Assembly: GCA_965218295.1 (NCBI GenBank)
Contig: CBDCKN010000015.1
Span: 96,001-160,000 of the forward strand
Direction: 5' to 3'
DNA: 64,000 nucleotides
Origin: Longimicrobiales bacterium
GTDB lineage: Bacteria; Gemmatimonadota; Gemmatimonadetes; Longimicrobiales; Gaopeijiaceae
Positions 30,804 through 39,159 of this stretch are shown here, piece by piece. The notes beneath the pieces were generated by a model that worked only from the letters and a program-made list of their open reading frames with translations, was not told where the DNA came from and did not search any database. Numbering within the stretch: the stretch's first letter is position 1; every line of letters starts with the position of its first letter. The position numbers and the translations under genes are program-made.

Positions 30804-31124
30804 CTAGTCCTCCTCTACCTTGCGGGCCCAACGGTCGTCGTCTCTGGCGTGGTACTTCTCCAGCACACGCTCGAACGCCTCCTCCAGGTCGATCCCCCGC
30901 TCGTTGGCCATGCACAGAACGACGAAAAGCACGTCGGCCAGCTCCTCAGCCAAATCTTGATCGTCCTCCTCGGGCTTCTTGGGCTTGCTGCCGAAGCGGT
31001 GGTTTACCAGACGGGCCAGCTCCCCCACCTCCTCCATGAGCCGCGCGAGGGTGGCCAGGGGCGGCCAGTAGCCCTCCTCGAACTGCGAGATCCACTCGTC
31101 GACCTGACGCTGAGCCTCCTTCAT
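30804..31124 (-). CDS. MazG-like nucleotide pyrophosphohydrolase (YpjD type)
   Basis: LMEEVGELAR and EELADVLFV. Confidence 0.9.
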   Translation of the reverse strand: MKEAQRQVDEWISQFEEGYWPPLATLARLMEEVGELARLVNHRFGSKPKKPEEDDQDLAEELADVLFVVLCMANERGIDLEEAFERVLEKYHARDDDRWARKVEED

Positions 31125-31204
31125 GGGATCGGCACTAGTTCGGCGAACACGGACGTCCTCTCATACCACTGGAACCCGTATCCCGAGCTCGGCCTCATCC
31201 CTCA

Positions 31205-32230
31205 TCACGGCACCAGCACCAGCTTGCCGAACACCTCACCAGCCTCGAGGAGCTCGTGAGCCTTGCGGACCTCCTCCAAGGGCATGACGGCGTGGATCAC
31301 CGGCTCCAGGCGTCCCTCGAAGACGAGGCCCATCACGCGGCGGAACTCCTCCGGAGGTCCCATCGCGCTCCCCAGGATGGAGAGCTGCTTGAAGAAGATC
31401 AGGCGCACATCGCTGGCTACCTTGGGACCGGCTGTCCCACCGTAGGTGACCAGCCGGCCTCCGATCCCCAGGGAGCGCAGGCATCCCTGCCACACTGCCT
31501 CACCCACCGAATCCAGAACCAGATCGACGCCCCGCTTCTCGGTATCCCGCCACACCTCCTTGGAGAAGTCGACCTCGTGACGGTCGTAGACCACGTCCGC
31601 ACCGAGGGCCTCTACCCGCCCGACGTTGTCGGCACCGCTGGTCACTGCGTACACCCTGGCCCCCACGAGCTTGGCGATCTGGATGGCGGCCGTTGACACG
31701 CCACCCGACGCCCCCGTCACCAGGATCGACTCGCCAGGCTGGAGGCCACCCCTCTTCAAGAGCGCGTGCCAGGCCGTCACGAAGGTCAGTGCTGCTGCAG
31801 CGGCCCGCTCGAACGGCACGTCATCCGGAAGCTCCAGCAGATTGGCCGCCGGAACCACACAGAATTCCGCCAGGCCGCCCTGAGTGTGCTCCCCGAGCAC
31901 GCCGAAGGGGGGATCGGCGACCGAAGGTCCCCGGCCGAGGCCGCTGTACCAGTCGTAGTTGAGGGACGGGTCCACGACCACACGGGTCCCCACCGCCACC
32001 TCCTCCACCCCTGGGCCCAAAGCGTCCACCACCCCGGCCACGTCCGATCCGCCGATGTGGGGCATGGGGATCTCGAACGGGAGACCCCGCCGCGCCCAGA
32101 GATCCAAATGGTTAAGGGAGGCCGCTCGCACCGCGATCCGGACCTGGCGCGAACCCGGTTCCGGCGTCTCGATCTCGGACACGTGAACCACCTCCGGTCC
32201 ACCGTGCTCCGAGAAGATGGCCGCTCTCAT
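31205..32230 (-). CDS. Zinc-binding dehydrogenase / quinone oxidoreductase (MDR family)
   Basis: SLNHLD, GSDVAG, GASGGV, FGKLVL. Confidence 0.9.
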   Translation of the reverse strand: MRAAIFSEHGGPEVVHVSEIETPEPGSRQVRIAVRAASLNHLDLWARRGLPFEIPMPHIGGSDVAGVVDALGPGVEEVAVGTRVVVDPSLNYDWYSGLGRGPSVADPPFGVLGEHTQGGLAEFCVVPAANLLELPDDVPFERAAAAALTFVTAWHALLKRGGLQPGESILVTGASGGVSTAAIQIAKLVGARVYAVTSGADNVGRVEALGADVVYDRHEVDFSKEVWRDTEKRGVDLVLDSVGEAVWQGCLRSLGIGGRLVTYGGTAGPKVASDVRLIFFKQLSILGSAMGPPEEFRRVMGLVFEGRLEPVIHAVMPLEEVRKAHELLEAGEVFGKLVLVP

Positions 32231-32254
32231 GCGGGTCACAGGCAGGGCGAAGCC

Positions 32255-33568
32255 CTAGCCGATCTCCTCCAGGACCTCCCTGAGCGTTTCGAGGACCTCG
32301 CCACACTGCTCCTCCGAGAAGACCAGAGACGGTCGGAGACGAATCGAGCGCGGACCGCACGAGAGTACGGCGAGTCCCCGGTCCCAGCAGCCCTGCCAAA
32401 GCTGTCCCCGAAGGTCTGCATTGGGCAGGTCCATGGCCACGAGGAGCCCCTTGCCGCGCACGTTGGTGACAATCTCGAAGTCCGCCGCCAAGCCCTCGAG
32501 TCCCTCCTTGAGAAGGGCACCCACACAGGCGGCGTTCGCCACCAGCCCGTCTTCGTGGATGATCTCCAGGTACCGTACGCAGCGTACCATGTCAACCAGG
32601 TTCCCGCCCCAGGTTGAGTTGATGCGGCTGGAGACATGGAAGACGTTCGTCTCCACCTCGTCGATGCGCCGCGTGCTCATGATCCCGCAGACCTGCGCCT
32701 TCTTCCCGAAACAGATGATGTCGGGGGTCACCCCACACTGCTCGTAGGCCCACATCGTGCCTGTGGATCCCAAGCCCGTCTGGACCTCGTCGAAGATCAG
32801 GAGCGCCTCACATCGGTCCGCGTACTCCCTGAGCTTGTGGAAGAACTCGGGACGGAAGTGGTGGTCGCCACCCTCCGCCTGGAGCGGCTCGAAGAGAATG
32901 GCGGCGATCCCGTCAGGGTCGCTCTTGAAGGCCGCCTCGATCTCGGCACACGCCTCCTCCTCCTTGGCCGCGACCGCCTCCTCGTCCATTGGAAAGTCGA
33001 TGTAGGGGCTGGAGACGCGAGGCCAGTCGAACTGGGGAAAGTCCTTCGTCTTGGTGGGATCGGTGTTGGTGACCGAGAGGGTATAACCGCTTCGGCCATG
33101 GAACGCGTCCCTGAAGTGGAGGATCTTGTCCGCCCCTCCGTCGACGCCCCGGGCACGGTTTTTCTGGGCCTTCCAGTCGAAAGCGGCCTTCATGGCGTTC
33201 TCCACAGCCAGGGCTCCCCCGGCGATGAAGAACAGGTACCGGAAGTCGTCGGGGACGGCCAGCTCCCGGAAGGTCTTCACAAAAGCGGCAAATTCCTGGG
33301 AGTAGATGTCGCTGTTGGCCGGGTTGGCCAAGGCCGCCGTCATGAGGGACGTCCGGAATCCCTCGTCCTCCATCTTGGGGTGATTGTGGCCCACAGGGAG
33401 AGTGGCGAAGTACCCGTAACAGTCCAGGTACTCCTTCCCCTCCAAAGCGTCGACGATGACCGTATCGTGGGACTTCTCCAGGTCGATGACGACGTGGAAG
33501 CCATCGACGAGGATATTCTCTTCCAGGATCGGGAATACCTGGTCCGCAGGGATTCTGACTTCAGGCAT
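32255..33568 (-). CDS. lat: L-lysine 6-transaminase
   Basis: GALAVENAMKAAFDWK, AFHGRSGYTLS, DEVQTG, FGKKAQV, SSRINSTWGG. Confidence 0.92.
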   Translation of the reverse strand: MPEVRIPADQVFPILEENILVDGFHVVIDLEKSHDTVIVDALEGKEYLDCYGYFATLPVGHNHPKMEDEGFRTSLMTAALANPANSDIYSQEFAAFVKTFRELAVPDDFRYLFFIAGGALAVENAMKAAFDWKAQKNRARGVDGGADKILHFRDAFHGRSGYTLSVTNTDPTKTKDFPQFDWPRVSSPYIDFPMDEEAVAAKEEEACAEIEAAFKSDPDGIAAILFEPLQAEGGDHHFRPEFFHKLREYADRCEALLIFDEVQTGLGSTGTMWAYEQCGVTPDIICFGKKAQVCGIMSTRRIDEVETNVFHVSSRINSTWGGNLVDMVRCVRYLEIIHEDGLVANAACVGALLKEGLEGLAADFEIVTNVRGKGLLVAMDLPNADLRGQLWQGCWDRGLAVLSCGPRSIRLRPSLVFSEEQCGEVLETLREVLEEIG

Positions 33569-33748
33569 TGTGCTCTCCAGGGGAATCGGGTTCGAAGCGC
33601 GACGAGATCGAGAACCCATGGAGCCGATCGAAACCTCCCACCAACCTCGAAGGAGGTCGGCTCCCGGGCTCAGTCCCCCGGGAGGTCGGGAGGGGCGAAG
33701 ATACCTGGGCGTGCGTCGAGAGGGCGTAGCGTCATCATGACGGTAATC

Positions 33749-33933
33749 TAGTGTTCCGTTGCCGAAGTTCGCGAGCCATCAAGAGGATCGGGGCGCCGTG
33801 GGATCAAGGCGGGACGACGCGGCGTAGCGCAAGCGGGCACCGCGCGAAGCGTGGTCGCAAGGAGTCCCAACGACCGAGCCCACGGATGCACCGTGCCCTC
33901 GACTGGCCGAGACACTTTGGCAACGGGACACTA
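33749..33933. mobile_element. MITE-like element, copy 1 (181-bp core plus TA duplications)
   Basis: TA-GTGTTCCGTTGCCGAAGT ... ACTTTGGCAACGGGACAC-TA (16/18 TIR); near-identical copy at 59921..60086. Confidence 0.8.
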
Positions 33934-34014
33934 AGCCCACGGAGTGGGCACGTCTAACACCGTTCTCTTACCTTTCAGGACTTTCATGGCGACACGACCC
34001 GAGCAGCCAGGAGC

Positions 34015-34422
34015 ATGGAGGAATCACCGAGCCCACCGCCGGCGGGCGACGCCCCCGACGCCAACGCTGAGACCAGCACCGAGGAGACCGATGGCCTTGA
34101 GACCGACGTCCCCGACGCCACTCTGGGCGGCTACCTGAAGGTGCATGACCGGCCGCCCGCGTTCGAGGGCTCGGACGGCCAACCCTACACGGTATCCATA
34201 GAAGTCGAATCGGTGAGCAGTCTTCTTGCGCCCTACGTCGTCTACCTCGTGTTCCCCCGCTGGGCCGAGACCGGCCTGGGCATCGTGGGACACGTAGAGA
34301 CACCGGTGTTGTGGGAGGGCAAGGGGCGTGACGAGGTGCGGAGCCAAGCGGAGGAGCTTCCTCTCGGAGAGGTGAAGCGGCTGCTCGACGAGGCCATTCT
34401 CCGCAAGAACGGACAAGACTGA
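34015..34422 (+). CDS. Hypothetical protein
   Basis: GGAG RBS; 135 aa with a protein-like core (HDRPPAFEGSDGQPYTVS, YLVFPRW). Confidence 0.7.
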   Translation: MEESPSPPPAGDAPDANAETSTEETDGLETDVPDATLGGYLKVHDRPPAFEGSDGQPYTVSIEVESVSSLLAPYVVYLVFPRWAETGLGIVGHVETPVLWEGKGRDEVRSQAEELPLGEVKRLLDEAILRKNGQD

Positions 34423-34433
34423 GCCGAGCATAG

Positions 34434-34905
34434 ATGCTGCGTAAGGGATTTATCTTCCTCTCGGAATCACGGGCCGCTTAAAAAGCTCGTCACCGGAACG
34501 CCGCTCAGGGCCATGAGCCGCCGCTTCGTACCCGGGGACACCGTGGACGAGCTGGTCTCGGCCATCCGTGGAGCGAACGTCCAGAGGCTGTCGGTGACGG
34601 CCAACTACCTCGGGGAGGCCGAGAAGAGCGAGACCACCGCACGGGAAGCCACTGATCACTACATTGCCATCCTCGACCGGATCGGAGGGGATCGACTGGA
34701 CGCCAACGTCTCCGTAAAGTTCACGCAGTTGGGCCAAGCCATCGGCGAGGAGTTCCTGGCCGAAAACCTGGGCCGCGTCCTGGACTCTGCGAAGGAGCAC
34801 GACGTCTTCATTCCCTTCGACATGGAGTCGTCGGCGTACACGGAGCGGACATTGGAAGCGTTCGAGAAGATCTGGGCGCACAAGAGCAGGAGGAACGACG
34901 CATGA
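34434..34905 (+). pseudogene. Proline dehydrogenase, N-terminal half only (frameshift near 34478, truncated near 34878)
   Basis: RRFVPGDT, NYLGE, SVKFTQLG, DMESS; lacks the QAYL, RLVKGAY and ATHD motifs. Confidence 0.8.
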
Positions 34906-35579
34906 GCGAAACCGGTGCGCCCTTCCTCCGGGTGACGGAGATCTTCCATTCCATCCAGGGTGAGTCCACCTGGTCGGGCTTCCCGTGCACCTTCGTGCGC
35001 CTCACGGGGTGCCCGCTGCGGTGTGTGTGGTGCGATACGGAGTACGCCTTCCATGGAGGCGAGCGCGTGGCCCTCGATACGATCGTAGCCAAGGTGCGCT
35101 CCATCGGCACACGCTTGGTCGAGATCACTGGAGGCGAGCCTTTGGTGCATCCCAACGCCTTCCGCCTCGCCGAAATGCTCCTGAACAACGGGTTCACGGT
35201 TCTCGTGGAGACTTCGGGCTCGGTCGACGTAGCCCCGCTGGACCCGCGAGCGCACAAGATCATGGACCTCAAGTGCCCCGGCTCCGGCGAGGTCGACAAG
35301 AACCTCTGGGACAACCTCGACCAGCTGACGGTGCGCGACGAGGTGAAGTTCGTCCTAGCCGACCGCACGGACTACGAGTGGACGAGGGACGTCATCCGCG
35401 AGCGGGAGCTCGACCGTCGACTGGAGGATGGTAGGCTGGCCGCCCTCCTGGTCTCACCCGTGTGGGACGGGCTCGACCTCGCTGATCTGGCCCGCTGGGT
35501 TCTCGAGGACCGGCTCCCCGTCCGCCTCCAGACGCAGCTCCACAAGCACATCTGGGAGCCCGACGCCAGGGGCGTCTGA
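34902..35579 (+). CDS. queE: 7-carboxy-7-deazaguanine synthase (radical SAM)
   Basis: EIFHSIQGE, FVRLTGCPLRCVWCDT, TGGEP, QLHKHIW. Confidence 0.93.
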   Translation: MSETGAPFLRVTEIFHSIQGESTWSGFPCTFVRLTGCPLRCVWCDTEYAFHGGERVALDTIVAKVRSIGTRLVEITGGEPLVHPNAFRLAEMLLNNGFTVLVETSGSVDVAPLDPRAHKIMDLKCPGSGEVDKNLWDNLDQLTVRDEVKFVLADRTDYEWTRDVIRERELDRRLEDGRLAALLVSPVWDGLDLADLARWVLEDRLPVRLQTQLHKHIWEPDARGV

Positions 35580-35649
35580 GTCCCCTCGGACTCGGTCGCC
35601 GCCCGGGCAGCCTGAACCTCGCCGCCTGCCCCGGGGGTATGCGGGAGCC

Positions 35650-36261
35650 GTGACCCATTCCCACTCACCTCCGGACGCCCGTCTTCAGAGGCTGATGGAC
35701 CTCCTCGCCAGCGACGGCGGGGCCGCGAGCGATCCCCAGCCATTGGAAGGGCACGCCCAGGCCGCGGTGTCCCTGGTCCTGCGGACCGCCGCCGACCTGG
35801 AGGTTCTCCTGATCAAGCGTGCGGAGTCGGAGCGGGATCCCTGGTCGGGACACATGGCGCTGCCCGGTGGCCGGAGAGAGCCGGGCGACCCCGACCTCGT
35901 CGGTACGGCCATCCGGGAGACTGCCGAGGAGACGGGCGTCGAGCTGGGGGCCCGGGGATGGCGCCTGGGCCGTCTGGCGGAGGTGTCGCCGACCGGCAAG
36001 CGTCTTCCCCGCCTCACCATCGTGCCATACGTCTTCGGGGTCCCTCCTGACGTCACGGCTTCGGTGAACTCATCAGAGGTCGAGTCGGTGATGTGGATTG
36101 ATCTCTCCACGCTCCGCGATCCCGAAATCCGCCAAACGACCACGATCCACCTTCCCGAGGGCCCCAGGGCCTTCCCATGCCTCCAGGTGGGTGAGCACGC
36201 GGTGTGGGGGCTGACGTACGGGATCCTCACGGGGTTCCTCGAGCTCTTCGACGGAGCCTAG
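35650..36261 (+). CDS. Nudix CoA pyrophosphatase
   Basis: SGHMALPGG, AIRETAEETG Nudix box, VWGLT. Confidence 0.88.
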   Translation: MTHSHSPPDARLQRLMDLLASDGGAASDPQPLEGHAQAAVSLVLRTAADLEVLLIKRAESERDPWSGHMALPGGRREPGDPDLVGTAIRETAEETGVELGARGWRLGRLAEVSPTGKRLPRLTIVPYVFGVPPDVTASVNSSEVESVMWIDLSTLRDPEIRQTTTIHLPEGPRAFPCLQVGEHAVWGLTYGILTGFLELFDGA

Positions 36262-36263
36262 CG

Positions 36264-37355
36264 TCAGGGGCTCTCCACCCACTCGGCGATGAAGATGTTG
36301 GTCTCGCCCTCCTCGGCCTGGTCCCGGTTCGAGCCCCAGACCAGGTAGCGGCCTTCCGGGCTGAAGACGGGGAAGCCGTCGAACCCGTCCGAGTACGTGA
36401 TCCGCTCCAGACCAGAGCCGTCCTCGTTGACCATGTAGAGCTCGAAATCACGGCCGGTCGGATCATCCATGTTCGACGCGAAGATGATCTTGGTCCCCGA
36501 AGGGTGCCAATACGGACCGAAGTTCGCCGCTCCGTTGTGCGTGATCTCCGTCTGATCCGATCCATCGGCATTCATGACGAAGACCTCGAGAACGCTCGGC
36601 CTTATCAGACCGTCGGCGAGAAGTGAAGTGTAGTCCTCGACCTCCCGGGGATCCGTTGGACGATGGGCCCGATACACGATCTTCGACCCGTCCGGTGAGT
36701 AGAAAGGACCTCCGTCGTACCCCATGGTGTCCGTGAGCCGCTCGACATCTGAGCCGTCCGGCGCCATGGAGTAGATGTCCAGATCGCCATCGCGCATGGA
36801 CGTGAATACCACGCGATCCCCTACCGGCGAGAATGTCGCCTCGGCGTCGTATCCGAAGGTGCTCGTCAACTGCGTGAGGTTCGACCCGTCCGCGTCAGCC
36901 ATGAAGATGTCGTAGCTGGGATAGACCGCCCAGACGTAGCCCCGGGAGAAATCCGGGACGGCCGGGCAGGCGCTGGCGTAGTGGTGGGTCGAGGAGTAGA
37001 GAATCTTGTCGCCGGCCGGGTAGTAATACGAGCACGTCGTCCTACCCTGGCCGGTGCTGAGCATATGCACGTCGCTTCCGTCCAGCGACATCGTGTAGAT
37101 TTGATCGCACCCCCCGCTGCGCGGTGTGGACTGGAAGATCAGCCGGGTGCCGTCGAACGAGAAGTAGGCCTCCGCGCTCTCGCCCTCGAAGGTGAGCTGA
37201 CGGACGTTTCGCAGGTGGACCTCCTGCGACTGCGGGGGCGAATAGCCCCACGGATCCGGTGTGTGGTCGGAAGCGTGTGGGGTCGGACCGGCTGCGGAGA
37301 GCATGAAGGCCGCGACCATGCCGGCAGCAGTCGCCGGCTCTACCAGGGAAAACAT
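36264..37355 (-). CDS. TolB-like PD40 beta-propeller protein
   Basis: QLTFEGESAEAYFS, YDAEATFSP, YDGGPFYSPDG, FDGFPVFSP repeats. Confidence 0.9.
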   Translation of the reverse strand: MFSLVEPATAAGMVAAFMLSAAGPTPHASDHTPDPWGYSPPQSQEVHLRNVRQLTFEGESAEAYFSFDGTRLIFQSTPRSGGCDQIYTMSLDGSDVHMLSTGQGRTTCSYYYPAGDKILYSSTHHYASACPAVPDFSRGYVWAVYPSYDIFMADADGSNLTQLTSTFGYDAEATFSPVGDRVVFTSMRDGDLDIYSMAPDGSDVERLTDTMGYDGGPFYSPDGSKIVYRAHRPTDPREVEDYTSLLADGLIRPSVLEVFVMNADGSDQTEITHNGAANFGPYWHPSGTKIIFASNMDDPTGRDFELYMVNEDGSGLERITYSDGFDGFPVFSPEGRYLVWGSNRDQAEEGETNIFIAEWVESP

Positions 37356-37380
37356 TCAATGTCCTCCAAGAGGATGATCG

Positions 37381-39159
37381 ATGTCTAGATTATTCACCTT
37401 CCTCGCAGCACTCGTGGGTGGATTCGCGCTGGCGAGCCCCACCGGCCTCGTAGCGGGCCAGATGACCCAGAACTGCCCCGAGGCGGCGAGTCCCACACGG
37501 GCGTCCGCCGGTGCCCTGGCACATGTTCGTTATCTGGCGGACGACGCCCTAGAGGGCCGCGAGGTCGGCTCCCGGGGAGCTCGTTGTGCCGCAGATTACA
37601 TCGCCAGCCGTTTCGAGGCCCTCGGACTCGAGGGTGCCGGACTGGGCGGCAGCTACTTCCAGAGCTTCGACATTCGTGCGGGCTCGGCCCTCGTAGCCGG
37701 CAACGAGCTCCTGGTCGACGAGGCCAGCTACCCCGTCGAATTCGACTGGATCCCGTTTGGATACTCGGCAACCGATGCCGTCACAGTACCCCTGATCTAC
37801 GGGGGGGACGGCATCAACCGGCCGGGCGACCGGGACAACACTTATCCGATGCTCGCACTGGAGCACCGCATCGTCGTCGTCGAAGATGGGGACCTCGAAG
37901 CCCGCTCCAGCCGGGCCTTGCAGGCCGACCCCCACTTCAAGGCCTCGGTGGCGGCGGGCCGCGGAGCCTTCGGCCTCCTGGTGCTCATGCGCGAGGGGCA
38001 GAAGCTTCCCAGCTTGTTCGAGGAGACGCGAGCGGCCCTTCGCATTCCGGTCGCCGCCGTCCGCGGTGAAGCTGCCGACCGGATTCGACGGGCGGCCCAG
38101 GCCGGCGCGACCACCACGCTCCGAACCTCCGTGCAGCCGCGCGTGGCAGAGGCCAGGAACGTGGTCGCCTTGCTCCCCGGCTCCGACCGGGCCCTGGCCG
38201 ACGAGATCCTGATCGTCGGAGCACATTACGATCACCTTGGTCTCGGAGGCGACGGCTCCCTGGATCCCGACGCAACGGGCGCGGTCCACAACGGAGCCGA
38301 CGACAACGCCAGCGGATCGGCAGCGCTGATCGAGGTCGCTCAGAGGTTGGCGCAGGGCTCCCGACGCCCCGCCCGGACGGTCCTCTTCCTCGCCTTCACG
38401 GGTGAGGAGAAGGGTCTCTGGGGCTCAGCGCACTATGTGAGGAATCCCCTCGTCCCCCTCGAGCGATCGGTCGCAATGCTGAACATGGACATGGTGGGTC
38501 GCTTGGAGGGCCGCACACTCACCGTCATGGGCGTGGGCACCGCGGAGGAGTGGGAAGAGATCCTCGACGACGCCAACCGAGCGCTGGAGCGCCCCTTGCG
38601 TATCGCTACTTCTCATGACGGGTTCGGCCCCTCGGATCACTCCTCTTTCTACGGAGAGGGGATCCCGGTCCTGCACTTCTTCTCCAACACCCACGAGGAC
38701 TACCACCGGCCCTCGGACGACGTCGACAAGATCGATGGAGAGGGCCTCGAGCACATCGTCGAGCTCGTGACGGAGGTGGCCCTCGGGGTCGCCGGTGAGG
38801 AGGGATCGGACGAGCGCGTCGCCCTCACCCCCATCGAGGCGGTTGTGACACGGGTGCACGGCCAGTCGTCTTCGAGCACGAGTCGCGGGTACGGCCCCTA
38901 CCTCGGAACGATCCCGGACATGGTCCCCACCGACTTCGGTCTGCGTCTCTCGGGGGTCCGTGAGGGGAGCCCGGCTCACAAGGCCGGTCTCCAAAAGGGT
39001 GACGTGGTCGTCGAATTCGGAGGGAAAGAGGTCGGTGACATCTACGCCTACACGTATGCCCTGAGGGATCACGCTCCGGGCGACAAGGTAGACATCGTGG
39101 TGCTGCGGAACGGCGAGCGGGTGACCGTTACGGCGACCCTGGGGGATCGGCGGGAGTAG
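37381..39159 (+). CDS. M28 family aminopeptidase with PA and PDZ domains
   Basis: Signal peptide; [42 protein letters not shown]...GSPA PDZ domain. Confidence 0.92.
   Translation: MSRLFTFLAALVGGFALASPTGLVAGQMTQNCPEAASPTRASAGALAHVRYLADDALEGREVGSRGARCAADYIASRFEALGLEGAGLGGSYFQSFDIRAGSALVAGNELLVDEASYPVEFDWIPFGYSATDAVTVPLIYGGDGINRPGDRDNTYPMLALEHRIVVVEDGDLEARSSRALQADPHFKASVAAGRGAFGLLVLMREGQKLPSLFEETRAALRIPVAAVRGEAADRIRRAAQAGATTTLRTSVQPRVAEARNVVALLPGSDRALADEILIVGAHYDHLGLGGDGSLDPDATGAVHNGADDNASGSAALIEVAQRLAQGSRRPARTVLFLAFTGEEKGLWGSAHYVRNPLVPLERSVAMLNMDMVGRLEGRTLTVMGVGTAEEWEEILDDANRALERPLRIATSHDGFGPSDHSSFYGEGIPVLHFFSNTHEDYHRPSDDVDKIDGEGLEHIVELVTEVALGVAGEEGSDERVALTPIEAVVTRVHGQSSSSTSRGYGPYLGTIPDMVPTDFGLRLSGVREGSPAHKAGLQKGDVVVEFGGKEVGDIYAYTYALRDHAPGDKVDIVVLRNGERVTVTATLGDRRE

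Noticed and set aside
30628..30807. 59-aa ORF after the class V aminotransferase
   Set aside because: No RBS or recognisable motif; may be a remnant, cannot be supported.
27043..35579. queG and queE as part of a 7-deazaguanine DNA-modification (dpd) system
   Set aside because: No dpdA/tgt-like or restriction genes; consistent with ordinary queuosine tRNA modification.
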